Source: Acidilobaceae archaeon
Lineage (GTDB): Archaea; Thermoproteota; Thermoprotei_A; Sulfolobales; Acidilobaceae
Assembly: GCA_038824665.1 (NCBI GenBank)
Contig: JAWBBK010000006.1
Location: 1-64,000 of the forward strand
Reading direction: 5' to 3'
Length of the DNA: 64,000 bases
Below the pieces are notes generated by a model. The model did no database searches, was not told the origin of the DNA, and saw nothing but the letters and a program-made list of their open reading frames with translations. Position numbers and translations under genes: made by a program. Every line of letters starts with the position of its first letter. The first letter of the stretch is position 1. Below, piece after piece: positions 1 to 10,636 of this stretch.

Positions 1-152
1 ATATCGATCCCTCCTTTAACTCCGTACTTATCTAAGGCTTCTCTAAGAGCTGATACTAAAAGTCTTTCCATAAACCTTCTAGCTGAGGGACCTTTGATAC
101 CGATCTCTCCGTATCTCACAATTACCAGATTGTTCGTGTATTCTCTGAACAC
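1..152 (-). CDS. thiI: tRNA sulfurtransferase ThiI/THUMP protein, 5' part (runs off window)
   Basis: Manual translation from GTG at 152: MFREYTNNLVIVRYGEIGIKGPSARRFMERLL; the VRYGEI.IKG motif is typical of the ThiI N-terminus. Confidence 0.75.
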   Translation of the reverse strand, partial: MFREYTNNLVIVRYGEIGIKGPSARRFMERLLVSALREALDKYGVKGGID

Positions 153-246
153 AAAGTCTCTACCGCACTTTAATAGAACTAGCGAGCTTTTGAGTCAAAA
201 AGTTACAACGGGGTCTATTTGATAAAACCGCCAAGTAGAAATCCAT

Positions 247-732
247 TCACTTTTCTTCTGAAGCTTTAATTAGATCTAGGGGTATTGTGACAACCAAGCG
301 AAAACTGGTCTCAAGAAGCGCTACTTCGGCTTCGTTTCTAGTCTTGTAGACCTCCATTATACGACCCTTCATTCCCTTCCATGGACCTCCCGTTATCTCT
401 ACGATCTGTCCTTTCTCGAACTCAGCAACTTTGATCTTAGGTAAGAGAAATCTTATTGCCTCTTCCGGCTTCAAAACTATAGGCTTTCGAGCCTTGACGT
501 ATCTGGCTCCTTTGAGTAGAGCCTGAAGAACACCAGGGTCTCCTACTTCTATTATTACATATCCCTTTAAATCTGTAGGAACGCTAATGCTTTTGACATC
601 AAGACCCATAGCCTTAACTCTTTCAGCTAAGATAAGAGCAACTCGTTCTTCCATACCCCCTAAGACTTGGATCGAGTAGAAGAACAACCTTTGCTGAGAG
701 GCGCCTGTAGACTGTCCTGCCATGTATATCAC
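247..732 (-). CDS. spt5: Transcription elongation factor Spt5 (NusG family)
   Basis: NGN domain (GGMEERVA, LKGYVIIE) plus KOW motif VEITGGPWKGMKGRI; downstream of secE; likely true start is ATG 723. Confidence 0.92.
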   Translation of the reverse strand: MIYMAGQSTGASQQRLFFYSIQVLGGMEERVALILAERVKAMGLDVKSISVPTDLKGYVIIEVGDPGVLQALLKGARYVKARKPIVLKPEEAIRFLLPKIKVAEFEKGQIVEITGGPWKGMKGRIMEVYKTRNEAEVALLETSFRLVVTIPLDLIKASEEK

Positions 733-935
733 CTTAACAACACGATCGCAAAGATCATATGAATTATCATGCCCACAGAGCCTATGAGAGCTAAAGCTAA
801 CAAAGTTAGACGTAGAAGAAGTAAGTACTCTTCATCATCTGGTCTTACAGCTAAAGCGAGTATTCTAGGCCACGTCTTGACCATCTTTATTATCTTTGAC
901 ATCACCCACACGCTCTGTACCTCTTTCCTCTTCAT
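729..935 (-). CDS. secE: Protein translocase SecE/Sec61-gamma
   Basis: RIL.LA.RPD.EEY followed by one TM helix; conserved secE-spt5 adjacency. Confidence 0.8.
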   Translation of the reverse strand: MKRKEVQSVWVMSKIIKMVKTWPRILALAVRPDDEEYLLLLRLTLLALALIGSVGMIIHMIFAIVLLR

Positions 936-1455
936 TTAAACCAATTCTTAAAGTTTTGTGGAAGCTTTTGGTCATTATCTTAACCTCTTCTATCATGTTT
1001 TTTATGTTCTTCCAATGACTGCCTTCCCAATAAACTCTGCCGCATCTAACGCATACATAGAACTCGTTGTAGACCTCGAGAACCCTTGGAGGTACCTTGC
1101 TCCTAACCTCTCCCTTGTCCTTCCTCTCTAACACTCCATTACATTCAGGACATCTGCTCTTCGAGGGACTGACCTCTAAGTTTAGCTTAATTTTTGAAGC
1201 CAGCTCCGCTAGTTTCTCTACTGTAAGAGTAGATTCGATTATAACTCCACGAATTCCTAATTTTTTTGCTTTAGCGTAAAGTCTCTTATCTTTAGTTATA
1301 AGGATCCTGTCTCCAAGAAGCGCTAGCTCAAGAAGTTGTCTATCGGTATAGCTCTTAGAGTAGACAGTATCGTATCCGAGTATTCTTAGCCATCTAGCTA
1401 AGTCGCCGTGCATAGTGTCGACTATGAACCTTGATTTAGGGTTCTTAGCGCTCAA
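865..1455 (-). CDS. Mut7-C (PIN-like) RNase domain protein
   Basis: FIVD.MHG.LARWLRILGYDT, LITKD, SRCPECNG and C..CGRVYWEGSH motifs. Confidence 0.88.
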   Translation of the reverse strand: MSAKNPKSRFIVDTMHGDLARWLRILGYDTVYSKSYTDRQLLELALLGDRILITKDKRLYAKAKKLGIRGVIIESTLTVEKLAELASKIKLNLEVSPSKSRCPECNGVLERKDKGEVRSKVPPRVLEVYNEFYVCVRCGRVYWEGSHWKNIKNMIEEVKIMTKSFHKTLRIGLNEEERGTERVGDVKDNKDGQDVA

Positions 1456-1519
1456 ACCTAAAGCCCTCTACATAAGATCTTAAAGATCTTCTGAGATTAA
1501 AAGCTGGGGAGAGTGAACA

Positions 1520-2482
1520 ATGTTAGTATCTATAAACGACGAAAATATAAATGAGGTCGTTGATTCTTTGAGCAAATTAGTAAAGTCTATAGAGCCTGAT
1601 AGGTTCTTAGACCCTGAACTATACCCGCCAACTTCTGCCAGCAGGAGAACGGTTTTTCAATATTTTTTAGTCATGGTGGCTATGGACCATAGATTAAGCA
1701 GACCGGGGAGACCTTATGAAGGCTATGTAGAAGGGAAGCTGTACCATGGAGCAGACCTTCTCTACAGACTAGGAGCTAAGAAGCTTAAAGAAGACCTAGA
1801 TTTTTTTGAACCGAGAAGACTTGCGACTATATCGATAAAAGATGTAAAGGAGTGGCTGACTCTACATAATGATAAAGCATCGCCTCCGGACCCTGATATA
1901 AGAGCTGAGTTGCTAAAAGATCTCGGCGTTAAGCTGTTGAAGCTTTACGATGGAGACCCTATTCTCTTGCTCACAGAGTCCAGAGGTTTTCTTAAGAACC
2001 GCGGATCCGGACTTATCGAGATCTTAAAGGTATTCAAAGCATACAATGACCCCGTAGAGAAGAAAGCATATCTCTTAGCCAAGTTTATTGAGAGAAGGGA
2101 GGTAATGTCATTTCTAGACCCACAAAACAAAGAAGTTCCTGTAGACAACCACCTGGTGAGAATAGCCTTAAGATTAGGACTAGTAGATGTAGACTCTACT
2201 TTTTTAGAAAAGATAGCCTATGGGATAGAGGTCTCCGAAGATGAAGACGTCTTACTTCGGTTTGCTACACGCACAGCATATAAGAAACTCATATCTAAAG
2301 TGGGAGTTGATCCCTTCGTTTTAGATGACTTCCTTTGGAACTTTGGAAGAAAGGTATGTAGACGTGAAAGTCCGGTTTGTAAGAGTGGAGAAGGGTGTCC
2401 ACTAGCTCCCACATGTAGAGCTAACTCTAACCCTCTATACATGGTTCCTGAACACAAATATCTGGAAACGTGGTGGTACTAG
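1520..2482 (+). CDS. HhH-GPD-like glycosylase-fold protein with C-terminal Cys cluster
   Basis: VPVDNHLVRIALRLG (catalytic Asp region), LDDFLWNFGRKVC and C..PVC.....CPLAPTC putative Fe-S loop. Confidence 0.6.
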   Translation: MLVSINDENINEVVDSLSKLVKSIEPDRFLDPELYPPTSASRRTVFQYFLVMVAMDHRLSRPGRPYEGYVEGKLYHGADLLYRLGAKKLKEDLDFFEPRRLATISIKDVKEWLTLHNDKASPPDPDIRAELLKDLGVKLLKLYDGDPILLLTESRGFLKNRGSGLIEILKVFKAYNDPVEKKAYLLAKFIERREVMSFLDPQNKEVPVDNHLVRIALRLGLVDVDSTFLEKIAYGIEVSEDEDVLLRFATRTAYKKLISKVGVDPFVLDDFLWNFGRKVCRRESPVCKSGEGCPLAPTCRANSNPLYMVPEHKYLETWWY

Positions 2483-2511
2483 ACCTAACGAAATAAAACA
2501 ACAAGATCAAG

Positions 2512-2599
2512 TGGTGCGGGGGGTGGGATTTGAACCCACGCAGGCCTGCGCCATCGGGTCCTCAGCCCGACCCCTTTGACCAGGCTCGGGCACCCCCGC
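2512..2599 (-). tRNA. tRNA-Leu(GAG), intronless, CCA encoded
   Basis: GCGGGGG acceptor stem, anticodon loop CT-GAG-GA, long variable arm, GTTCAAATC T-loop, ends in ACCA. Confidence 0.97.
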
Positions 2600-2658
2600 A
2601 CCTAAGGTCTATGCTGAATCGGTAGGCTAAATAAGGTTTCACATCCAAAAGAAAGTAG

Positions 2659-3039
2659 GTGTTTTTATTGGAAGCTTCGGAACTTAAAGCAATAGCGGTT
2701 AGGGTATCGAGTTTAAGTGACTTAGTTAGATTCGCCTCCTCTACGGTTCCCGCCATGGTTGTGATGCCAATATATAGGTTTAAAGAGAACAAAAAGGTGT
2801 ACTACTTTCTTCAAACAGTTTACAAAGACTTCTTTAAGTACTACGGAATCCCCATAATTTATTACTACTCAACAACAGATGATGGACTAGATTCTGATAA
2901 GGCTAAGTTCATCTTGTTCAAAGCAGATGAAGAAGGAGAAAAAATAGAGATATCTAACAAAACCAAAGCGGGTTGTATATCCATACCTCTCGTGAATTTA
3001 GACAAAAGGCCCCCCTTCCTTCCTGAAGACCTTGACTGA
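2659..3039 (+). CDS. Conserved crenarchaeal hypothetical protein
   Basis: 126-aa ORF; AGGTG SD precedes TTG at 2668; motifs V.SLSDLVRFA and YYG.PIIYY. Confidence 0.6.
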   Translation: MFLLEASELKAIAVRVSSLSDLVRFASSTVPAMVVMPIYRFKENKKVYYFLQTVYKDFFKYYGIPIIYYYSTTDDGLDSDKAKFILFKADEEGEKIEISNKTKAGCISIPLVNLDKRPPFLPEDLD

Positions 3040-3237
3040 GAGTCCGAATGGTTTGGCGGCTCAAATCCCGGATTCCTCTTCATTTGTTCAGCAAGTCGAG
3101 TTCTATCATCGCCTTTCGTGGTCTTGGTGTTCTTCCTTAATTCTGTTTGTAGCCAGAAGCTAAAGATTGCTTTGTGTTAAGATAATATAATAAATATTAA
3201 GATCGTAGCTCTGAAAGTACGTAAGCGGAGATTCGAT

Positions 3238-3903
3238 ATGTTGTCTGAAAGCTTTTGGAAAGAGCTTCTAGTCACTTTAATTTTTGCCGTATATGTTCTT
3301 TTTGTGATAGTTATTACGAAGCCTCTTTACCATTACTTAACGACAAGAGGACTGAGCCCTATTAGGGCTAAGTACTTCAACAGGAAGGTGATTCACATAT
3401 TTGCCGGAGGCGTTGTAGCCCTATTTGTGCCGTTCGTTTACTCTACTCCTCTCTTACCGTTTTTAGCTTCTGTTGCTATAACGGTCTTACTCATAGTCGC
3501 TAGACGACTAAGACCTCTAGAGTGGTTTCAAGTTCCAGAGAACCACTATGAAGTCAATTTCGCGATCATGTGGGGTTTGAGTATTCTAGTTATTTGGATC
3601 GCTGTGGGAGATCCGTTTCTAGCTGTTCTTCCAGCAATATTTATGTCCTTTGGTGATGGAACAACGGGAATAGTTAGAAACCTAGTCGTTAAAACCAGGT
3701 CTAAGCATTGGTCAGGAAGCGTCGCTATGGCTTTTGTCAGCGTAACTCTAGGCTTTATCTACGGAGGTCTGGTCGGCGTGGTTTCTGCTATAGTGGCTGG
3801 CTTAGCCGAAAGGTTTGAGTTCAATCCTATCGACGACAATGTGCTCGTGTCTCTATCCTCAACGTTTGTAGTCTTAGCTCTCGCTTTTTTCTATGCTGCA
3901 TGA
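3238..3903 (+). CDS. Dolichol kinase / cytidylyltransferase-family membrane protein
   Basis: RKVIHIFAG, MSFGDG.TGIV, K.W.GS and IDDN motifs; multiple TM helices. Confidence 0.78.
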   Translation: MLSESFWKELLVTLIFAVYVLFVIVITKPLYHYLTTRGLSPIRAKYFNRKVIHIFAGGVVALFVPFVYSTPLLPFLASVAITVLLIVARRLRPLEWFQVPENHYEVNFAIMWGLSILVIWIAVGDPFLAVLPAIFMSFGDGTTGIVRNLVVKTRSKHWSGSVAMAFVSVTLGFIYGGLVGVVSAIVAGLAERFEFNPIDDNVLVSLSSTFVVLALAFFYAA

Positions 3904-5069
3904 ATTTCTAAAACATCTCCGTCTTCTAAGACGTGATGAGGACCAACTTTCTGGCCAGGATACTTAACGCTGGGTCCCCAAATCCTTGCATACTTGAAGT
4001 TCTTAGCTAATCTTTCGTGTATCATTTCAGCGACTTCGATCACCGTAGTGCCTCTTCTTACTACAAGCGGTTGAGAAGACGGCTTGCCACCTGGTGACTT
4101 GGTCCAGACCTTTATTAAGTTTAGCCTCTCGAAGAGCTTCTTGCCTATGATATCCAGGTTCAACCTAGAGACTACTGATATAGGGATCACATCTATGTCT
4201 TTAGGGACTACTTCTCGAACTTTATCTAAAAATTCCTGATTATCAGCTATATCTGATTTATTGACAAGAACTATAGCGGGCTTGTAGACTCTTGAGGTTA
4301 AGATTGAAGATTCCACGTCATCTAACGTTACTTCTCCGTACAACTCCACAATGGCGTTGTATATCCTGTATTCGGCTAAAAGCTTCCTCAAGTCCTCTTC
4401 TGTAGCTCCAACTATTTTTCCGCTACCCACGATCTTCACTCCGCTAGAGTCTCTAGTTTTAACCACGTTAACCACTCCCTTCTGTCTACTAATCACTATC
4501 CCTCGATCTTCTAGGAGCTTCAAGATGTCTGCTATGGTTTTTGGAAGCTTTGGATCATCAAAACTCACTACTATAATTATAGCGTCACCGTTTCTGGCTA
4601 GACCCAATACTCTGTTATTTACTTGACTTTCTGAATCGTCAAGTATTAGGGGAGGTGTGTCTACAAGCTGGATTTGAGCACCCTCATAGACGAGCATACC
4701 CGCCTGAGGCAGTTTCGTAGTAAAAGGGTATGGAGCTATCTCAGGCTTGGCGTCCGTGAGCGCAGCAAGCACGCTACTCTTTCCTGAGTTGGGAGGTCCT
4801 ATTATAACGACTTGAGCTGCTCCGCTCTTCTCGACAAAGAACTGCGGTCCGCCTCCTCTACTACTAGCTTTTTTCTTTTTATTTAGTTCTAGTTCTTCTT
4901 TTAGATCAGCTAACCGACGCCTAGCCCATTCTAAGAGGTTCTCTGTTCCTTTGTGTTTTGGAACTGCACTTATGAACTCTTCGAGAGCCTTAATCTTTTC
5001 CTCTAAGCTCTTCGCCTCAGTGTACTTAGCTAGCTTTGCTCTAGCCTCTGGAGGCAGGTTGGCGGGCAC
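3891..5069 (-). CDS. DRG-family GTPase with TGS domain
   Basis: PKHKGTE, GPPNSGKS, YPFTT, DTP, NKSD; C-terminal TGS (HVLEDGDVLEIH). Confidence 0.92.
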   Translation of the reverse strand: MPANLPPEARAKLAKYTEAKSLEEKIKALEEFISAVPKHKGTENLLEWARRRLADLKEELELNKKKKASSRGGGPQFFVEKSGAAQVVIIGPPNSGKSSVLAALTDAKPEIAPYPFTTKLPQAGMLVYEGAQIQLVDTPPLILDDSESQVNNRVLGLARNGDAIIIVVSFDDPKLPKTIADILKLLEDRGIVISRQKGVVNVVKTRDSSGVKIVGSGKIVGATEEDLRKLLAEYRIYNAIVELYGEVTLDDVESSILTSRVYKPAIVLVNKSDIADNQEFLDKVREVVPKDIDVIPISVVSRLNLDIIGKKLFERLNLIKVWTKSPGGKPSSQPLVVRRGTTVIEVAEMIHERLAKNFKYARIWGPSVKYPGQKVGPHHVLEDGDVLEIHAA

Positions 5070-5166
5070 AGGCTTGCTCCCAAAGAAGTCTACTTGATGA
5101 GAGTTTTATTAGCCTTGTTTATATTCTATGAGGTCCCATTTCGAGAAATTTTTTTAGACTGAATTT

Positions 5167-6237
5167 TTGCTATCTTTTAGGGGGCGAAGCTTTTTGGAAA
5201 GAAACGCAGATAAGCGAAAGAGAAGAACAAGCAAAGAATCTTCACGTCGCGTCCAAAGACTAGGAAGCACGAGCCTGGTCGTCACGCTACCAAAACTTTG
5301 GACTCTCAGATTTAATGTGAAGCCAGGAGATAAGTTGCTTATAATCGATGAAGGCTATCAGTTGAGAATTCTCCCACCTAAGGAGCCTGACAAAAAGCTT
5401 CTTCACGCAAAGATAAGACTTCGTCAAAATATAGAACCAAGACTTTTCAGTGCCGTTCTTCACTGTCTCTACATGAAAGGATTTGACGATGTGATTTTAA
5501 CCACTCAAAGAGATAACGAAGATAGCATAGAAGATAGCATAATTTCTTTAAGTACTCACCATGAGAAGAAGCAAATAGAAACAGTCCAACAAGATGTAAG
5601 CCTCTTTATAGAGAAAGTTGTGAGAGACGGAGATGGGTATAAGCTTAAGTTTAGACAAGAAGATGAAGACGAAGATGTGTTAAGTCTGGCTAAAAAGTAC
5701 ATGTCTGATCTCTACCTGATTTTCGAAAAAATAGGAACAATGGGTAAACGTCCAAACGACAAATTACTTCGTGAAATTATTCAAGGACTTGAGTTACTTC
5801 GTCTCAAAGCCCTCAAACTAAGTAGAGTAAGGCTCTATAGCGCGAGCTCTAGTGGACTCTGCGAGCACTTCCCATTTATCTTGGGTCAGCTTAGCTTATC
5901 GACAAAAAGGATCGTTATGGAAGCTTCTCAAGACGAAAAGTCCTGGAAAGTGTTGTCGTCTAATGCTGGCAAGCTTAAGTCCATAGTTGTAGAGACGCTG
6001 AGCGGACTCCTATACCCAAGCTGGAAGAGACTAGACATAGGGCTTAAGCTAATTCAAGAAATCAAAAAGGATTTGAGATATACGAACTTCTCGTCGCATA
6101 GCGAAGAGCGAATAGCTGGAAAGGTAGAGTTTCTACTCGATCTACTAGAAACTTTAGTAGAAGTATGTGCTTGTAGTGTTGTAGTCTCAGATTTGATTAA
6201 AGAACAGGTTAAAGAGCGCCATATTGCTTCATATTAA
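5167..6237 (+). CDS. AbrB-domain, divergent PhoU-type regulator
   Basis: RRVQRLGSTSLVVTLPKLW...VKPGD AbrB N-terminus and LYMKGFD.V motif; helical C-terminus is poorly conserved. Confidence 0.6.
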   Translation: MLSFRGRSFLERNADKRKRRTSKESSRRVQRLGSTSLVVTLPKLWTLRFNVKPGDKLLIIDEGYQLRILPPKEPDKKLLHAKIRLRQNIEPRLFSAVLHCLYMKGFDDVILTTQRDNEDSIEDSIISLSTHHEKKQIETVQQDVSLFIEKVVRDGDGYKLKFRQEDEDEDVLSLAKKYMSDLYLIFEKIGTMGKRPNDKLLREIIQGLELLRLKALKLSRVRLYSASSSGLCEHFPFILGQLSLSTKRIVMEASQDEKSWKVLSSNAGKLKSIVVETLSGLLYPSWKRLDIGLKLIQEIKKDLRYTNFSSHSEERIAGKVEFLLDLLETLVEVCACSVVVSDLIKEQVKERHIASY

Positions 6238-6321
6238 CGAACGAAGCTATCGAAGCGTTTTTTATATTCTCAATAGATCTTTTTATTTTTAGCTCTCCGT
6301 TACATATGAGTCCTTCTATAG

Positions 6322-6398
<77 letters not shown>

Positions 6399-6456
6399 AT
6401 ATCGGTCTATTGATTACTCCGTTGCGAAGCTAACAAGAGACTCTTGTTATCTCAGT

Positions 6457-6726
6457 CTATGGCCACTCCTTTCTTTCTATAAAGCTCTTCGCATAAGGAG
6501 CTGTACCAGATAAAGGAGTATAAGCTCCGCCAGCCCATTTACTATTGCACTTTCTGCACTCCCAAAGACCTACAGCTATCCTGGTAACTGAACCCTGTTT
6601 TCCGCAGAAGGGGCAGATATGAGGAGACCTCAATTTAATTAATATGTCTCTGACCCTTCTTCTAACGCTTAATCCATATCGAGCCCCATAGCTTCCTGTA
6701 GGACCTACAACTTTCGTTCGGCCCAA
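6457..6726 (-). CDS. rpl37ae: 50S ribosomal protein L37Ae (eL43)
   Basis: GARYG, CPFC...CRKC Zn ribbon, AGGAY. Confidence 0.95.
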   Translation of the reverse strand: MGRTKVVGPTGSYGARYGLSVRRRVRDILIKLRSPHICPFCGKQGSVTRIAVGLWECRKCNSKWAGGAYTPLSGTAPYAKSFIERKEWP

Positions 6727-6727
6727 G

Positions 6728-7579
6728 TTAGGCTCCCTCCTTCAAAACCTTCTCTAGAACCTTAAAGTACTCTTCTGAAGCCCTTCTAGCCAGCTTGATC
6801 GCGTTTTTGAACTCTTCAATTGTGAATCCGCCGCTTCCAGTCTTCTGAAGACCTACTATGTTGAAGTCTCTGTCTAAAGAGATTATAAGTCTATAGTCAG
6901 ATATCACTTCTTCTTCAAAGTTAGGATCGACAATGAGGTAGTCACCTACTTTAGCTATAGTGACAGATACGACCAATTTGTTTATGTTTATCTTTTCTCC
7001 TCGTCTCGTTCTATCGACTATTATGTCACCGGTCTCGCTTTCTTCAATAAGGGGAAGCTTGGTAGTAACTAGAGCTGCTACCGATGCTAACGTACACGCA
7101 TCGAACAGATTACCATCATGATTGAGAACATAAATATCAATCCAAAGGACCCATGCTTTTTCGCCTGCTCTAATAGAAAGAGACTTCAAGTCAACGACTC
7201 TAGGCTCTCTTAAGCTTCTATCGACTACTCTGGCTACCTCTATCGCATTTTCGTCTGGAGGTCCTGGTTCGCTAACTGGTGAAGCCAGAGGAACAGTCTC
7301 TACGTTAACGACTATAGCTCCTTCGTCTGGCGTGTCTCTAAAGGGGCTTCCTACTTCAGCTTTAATGCCTGCTAAGACCTCAGTGTTGCCGAGCTTAACT
7401 AAAGCCGAGCCCTCGGCTTTATCTATAACTCCTGTCTGGATTTCTACGGGTCTAGGAGAAACAAGGCTTCTTCCGTCGGGTCTGAGCCCTTTTTCGTAGA
7501 AGCTCAGATAAGACTTTATCTTCAAACTCGGAACAATAGGTACTCTAAAAGGAGTTACGCTCATAGAATCACACCTCAA
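6728..7579 (-). CDS. rrp42: Exosome subunit Rrp42
   Basis: [35 protein letters not shown]; operon context; likely start is ATG 7564. Confidence 0.95.
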   Translation of the reverse strand: MRCDSMSVTPFRVPIVPSLKIKSYLSFYEKGLRPDGRSLVSPRPVEIQTGVIDKAEGSALVKLGNTEVLAGIKAEVGSPFRDTPDEGAIVVNVETVPLASPVSEPGPPDENAIEVARVVDRSLREPRVVDLKSLSIRAGEKAWVLWIDIYVLNHDGNLFDACTLASVAALVTTKLPLIEESETGDIIVDRTRRGEKININKLVVSVTIAKVGDYLIVDPNFEEEVISDYRLIISLDRDFNIVGLQKTGSGGFTIEEFKNAIKLARRASEEYFKVLEKVLKEGA

Positions 7580-8294
7580 CTATAGCTTCGTATTTTCTTC
7601 TAAGAGCTTCCTTTTCCATATCGACGAGAGTTCTGATAGCTTTAAGAGCCATTGAGAGTCCTGTGTCGAGCTCCTCTTCACTGAGCACTCCATTAAGCTG
7701 TAACAACGTTATGAGACCTATGTCTGGAGCTGCCGCTACAGGGAGGTCTGCTTCTCCTTCTGAGTCCTCTACTTCGTCTATGTCCAAGACTAAAACTCCT
7801 CCAACCTTACCTACTGCGACCCCAGCTACGAGAGCTCTCATAGGAATACCTGCGTCAGCTAGTGCTAGAGAAGCGCTCGTTACGCCAGCTGTTCTGGTCC
7901 CTCCGTCTGCCTGAAGCACTTCTATGAAGACATCTATTGTGGTTCTAGGATATTCGCTCAATAAGACTACGGGCTCTAGTGCTTCTCTTATCACTTTCGA
8001 GAGTTCTACCTCTCTTCTAGTGAGAGCGGGATTCTTCCTTTCAGCTGTCGAGAAGGGAGCCATGTGATATCTGACTCTCAGTATAGCCCTATCGGGAAGG
8101 ACCATAAAACGCTGTATAGGCTCTCTAGGTCCGTAGACTGCCGCTATGACTTTAGTCTTACCGTACTCTACTATTGCTGATCCGTTGGCGTTAGGTAGCA
8201 CTCCAACCCTCATCTTCACAGGACGCATCTCATCGGGTCTCCTTCCGTCGTGTCTCAAGCCCTTCTCATCAATTAATTTGGTCTTTGCCTTCAT
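7569..8294 (-). CDS. rrp41: Exosome catalytic subunit Rrp41
   Basis: [34 protein letters not shown]. Confidence 0.96.
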   Translation of the reverse strand: MKAKTKLIDEKGLRHDGRRPDEMRPVKMRVGVLPNANGSAIVEYGKTKVIAAVYGPREPIQRFMVLPDRAILRVRYHMAPFSTAERKNPALTRREVELSKVIREALEPVVLLSEYPRTTIDVFIEVLQADGGTRTAGVTSASLALADAGIPMRALVAGVAVGKVGGVLVLDIDEVEDSEGEADLPVAAAPDIGLITLLQLNGVLSEEELDTGLSMALKAIRTLVDMEKEALRRKYEAIVEV

Positions 8295-8986
8295 ATTCCT
8301 CGAGCCCTCTTCTCCTCCTCTATAAGTCTAGATACTCTTTCGGTAAGACCTGAGGTGTGAGCCTCTTTTTCGATAAACTTAATTGCGGTTATAGCTACAA
8401 TCTCGTGAGCTGAGCTGGGACATTCAATATGTATTCTACCGTTAACAGCTGGGTATATCTTGCATTCTGTCTTCTCTTCAAGAAGCGTTAACATGCTCCT
8501 CTTCTTACCGATCACTCTAGGAATTTTGTTATGTTGAATCTCTATGACAGTACCACTTGTGATCTTCCCTAGGTCTTCTCCCTGAACAGTCAGAAGAGGT
8601 TGTCGTGTCTTATCGAAGAGTGAAACTTTAGCTTTTATGTAATCTCCTGGTCTAAGCAGTTTACTCAAGTCATCAGATGCCGGATTGGGACTTCTGCCTA
8701 ACAGGTCTTGAGCTAAGAGTATTGCAGTATAAGGAGAGCTTATGTCTACCTGCCAATAAGTTAATCCAAACGACTCAACGAGACCAATAACGATGTCTCC
8801 AGGCTCTGGCACATATACGGAACTCAAAACGACAAAGCCTATCTCTCCCCCTTCTCGCTCTACAATCATACCCAAAACCGTCGCTACTTTGGTTTTATCC
8901 ACTTGAATCACGTAAGGCTGTTTAGCTTGAGCTCGCGCATCTACCTCTTCTCCCGGAAAAACCATTTTCCCGTAGAGCTTGCTCAA
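8291..8986 (-). CDS. rrp4: Exosome RNA-binding subunit Rrp4
   Basis: S1 domain ([11 protein letters not shown]) plus KH domain (IPRVIGK, NGRI), EAHTSGLT. Confidence 0.95.
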   Translation of the reverse strand: MSKLYGKMVFPGEEVDARAQAKQPYVIQVDKTKVATVLGMIVEREGGEIGFVVLSSVYVPEPGDIVIGLVESFGLTYWQVDISSPYTAILLAQDLLGRSPNPASDDLSKLLRPGDYIKAKVSLFDKTRQPLLTVQGEDLGKITSGTVIEIQHNKIPRVIGKKRSMLTLLEEKTECKIYPAVNGRIHIECPSSAHEIVAITAIKFIEKEAHTSGLTERVSRLIEEEKRARGI

Positions 8987-8988
8987 GA

Positions 8989-9699
8989 TTAAACGACCTC
9001 CTTTACGTTAACTGAAGCTCTTCCTTTGGCTACGCTCTGGATCTTGTTTATCACCTCAAGTTGTAGTCCTGCAGGGATCTCTAGCTCTACCTTAACACTA
9101 CCGTCATTAAGCCACTCTAGCTTCTTGACCTGACCTAGTCTCTTGACTTCACTGACAGCTCTGTTGGCCACATCTGGAGGGATCTCTACTTCAAGCAAAG
9201 CTCTAGCTATCTTTATAGGTATAGCTCTAGAGAGTTTAGACACTATTTCTAGAGCTTGGCTCTCGACATCTCTGTAGAGGTCGACACCTATTCCGAGCTC
9301 CTCCATAAGAGCTTCTATCCTGCTCTCGGGTATGGGAAGCTTAGTCTTCGGGTCTATGGCGTTTCTGGCTATGAATGCCACTATCTTCTTCTTCTTCGCC
9401 TCTAAGATCTTTCGCCTCTCTTCTTCAGTAAGCTGTATCTCTCCCTCTTTCAGTATCTTTTCAGCTATGACTTTGGGGTCTTCAGTTCCGAAAGCTTTTC
9501 GTAGAGCTTCAGGACTGGCCTTCAAGCCTTTTCTGCTGTCTTTAAATATTATGTCCGTCCAGAGGACCTCATTCAGGCTTATCTTTTCTCCTTCTCTGAG
9601 TCTGAAGGCCAAGTCTGGTTTAACAAGTATCTCGAACCTCTCTCCTTTGATCTCTATCCATGCCGTTACATAGCTCTGCTTTTTAGACATCGATAACAC
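8989..9699 (-). CDS. Ribosome maturation factor SBDS/Sdo1
   Basis: GERFEILV, IFKD..KG, GEIQLT.EER, DPKT..P motifs. Confidence 0.95.
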   Translation of the reverse strand: MLSMSKKQSYVTAWIEIKGERFEILVKPDLAFRLREGEKISLNEVLWTDIIFKDSRKGLKASPEALRKAFGTEDPKVIAEKILKEGEIQLTEEERRKILEAKKKKIVAFIARNAIDPKTKLPIPESRIEALMEELGIGVDLYRDVESQALEIVSKLSRAIPIKIARALLEVEIPPDVANRAVSEVKRLGQVKKLEWLNDGSVKVELEIPAGLQLEVINKIQSVAKGRASVNVKEVV

Positions 9700-9713
9700 C
9701 GATAGCTTGAAGC

Positions 9714-10493
9714 TTATTTGTGTTCTAGCAACTGGCTTTTCAACTTGTTCGTGATATCTTTAACCTCCTCTATCGAGAGCTTCCTAAACTTTCTGCTCTT
9801 TGAGTCGACATACCCTATTTCTACTAGCTGATAGAACTCTTCGATAAGAGTCTCTTTACGCTCCTCTCCTGTAGCGACTCTGCTCTTGAAGAGAGCTTCT
9901 ATAACTATTTTCACCATCTCTTCAATTGTCAAGTCTTCTCTATACGTCTTTTCAAAGAAGCTGTTTACATAAGCGTCTCCAGAGCCTATGGCGATCGCAT
10001 TATAGCTGAAGTACTGACCTCCAGGGTCTGTTCTAAAAAGTCTTACAGAGCCATCAGGATTAACACCACCGAAAAGCAAAGCTACCCCAAAAGGTCTTAC
10101 TCCTCCATGTTGTGTATACGCTTGTTTGATATCAGCCACGTATTTAGCTAGCAAATCTACTGTAGCCTCCTCACCGTATATGAGTCTATGTCTTAAAGCT
10201 AGCTGACGAGCTACGTCTATGAGGATCCTACCGTCGCTACCCATTCCTGCAAAGGCTACCGCTACATGGTCGTCAACCTTATATATTTTCTCGATGTTGG
10301 CTATGTCGAGCAATGGTGATATCTTTCTCTTCTCGGCTCCGAGAACAACGCCATGAATGCTCCTAATGCCTACGCTGGTCCAGCCCTTCTTTACCGCTTC
10401 GAACGCATATCTTACCTGATATAGGTCTCCTTCTGGTGAAAAGATGGTAGTAGCTCTATCGTACGCCATAGCTTGAGGTGTCGGAAACACCAT
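9714..10493 (-). CDS. psmA: Proteasome alpha subunit
   Basis: YDRATTIFSPEG.LYQV.YA, YTQHGGVRPFGV. Confidence 0.96.
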   Translation of the reverse strand: MVFPTPQAMAYDRATTIFSPEGDLYQVRYAFEAVKKGWTSVGIRSIHGVVLGAEKRKISPLLDIANIEKIYKVDDHVAVAFAGMGSDGRILIDVARQLALRHRLIYGEEATVDLLAKYVADIKQAYTQHGGVRPFGVALLFGGVNPDGSVRLFRTDPGGQYFSYNAIAIGSGDAYVNSFFEKTYREDLTIEEMVKIVIEALFKSRVATGEERKETLIEEFYQLVEIGYVDSKSRKFRKLSIEEVKDITNKLKSQLLEHK

Positions 10494-10636
10494 CTCCTTC
10501 CACCTGGCTGACTCTCAATCCAGACACTAAGAGGATTCTTCTCAGCGTTATAATTCCTTTTGTTTAAGCCTGAAAGATGAAACGCTAGGTTAGCGATATA
10601 TTAGCGATACCGTTCTCTCTTATAGGAGAGCAGGAT

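Noticed and set aside
5518-5541. 12-bp tandem repeat (EDSI-EDSI) in the PhoU-like gene
   Set aside because: Small in-frame slippage duplication with no evident function
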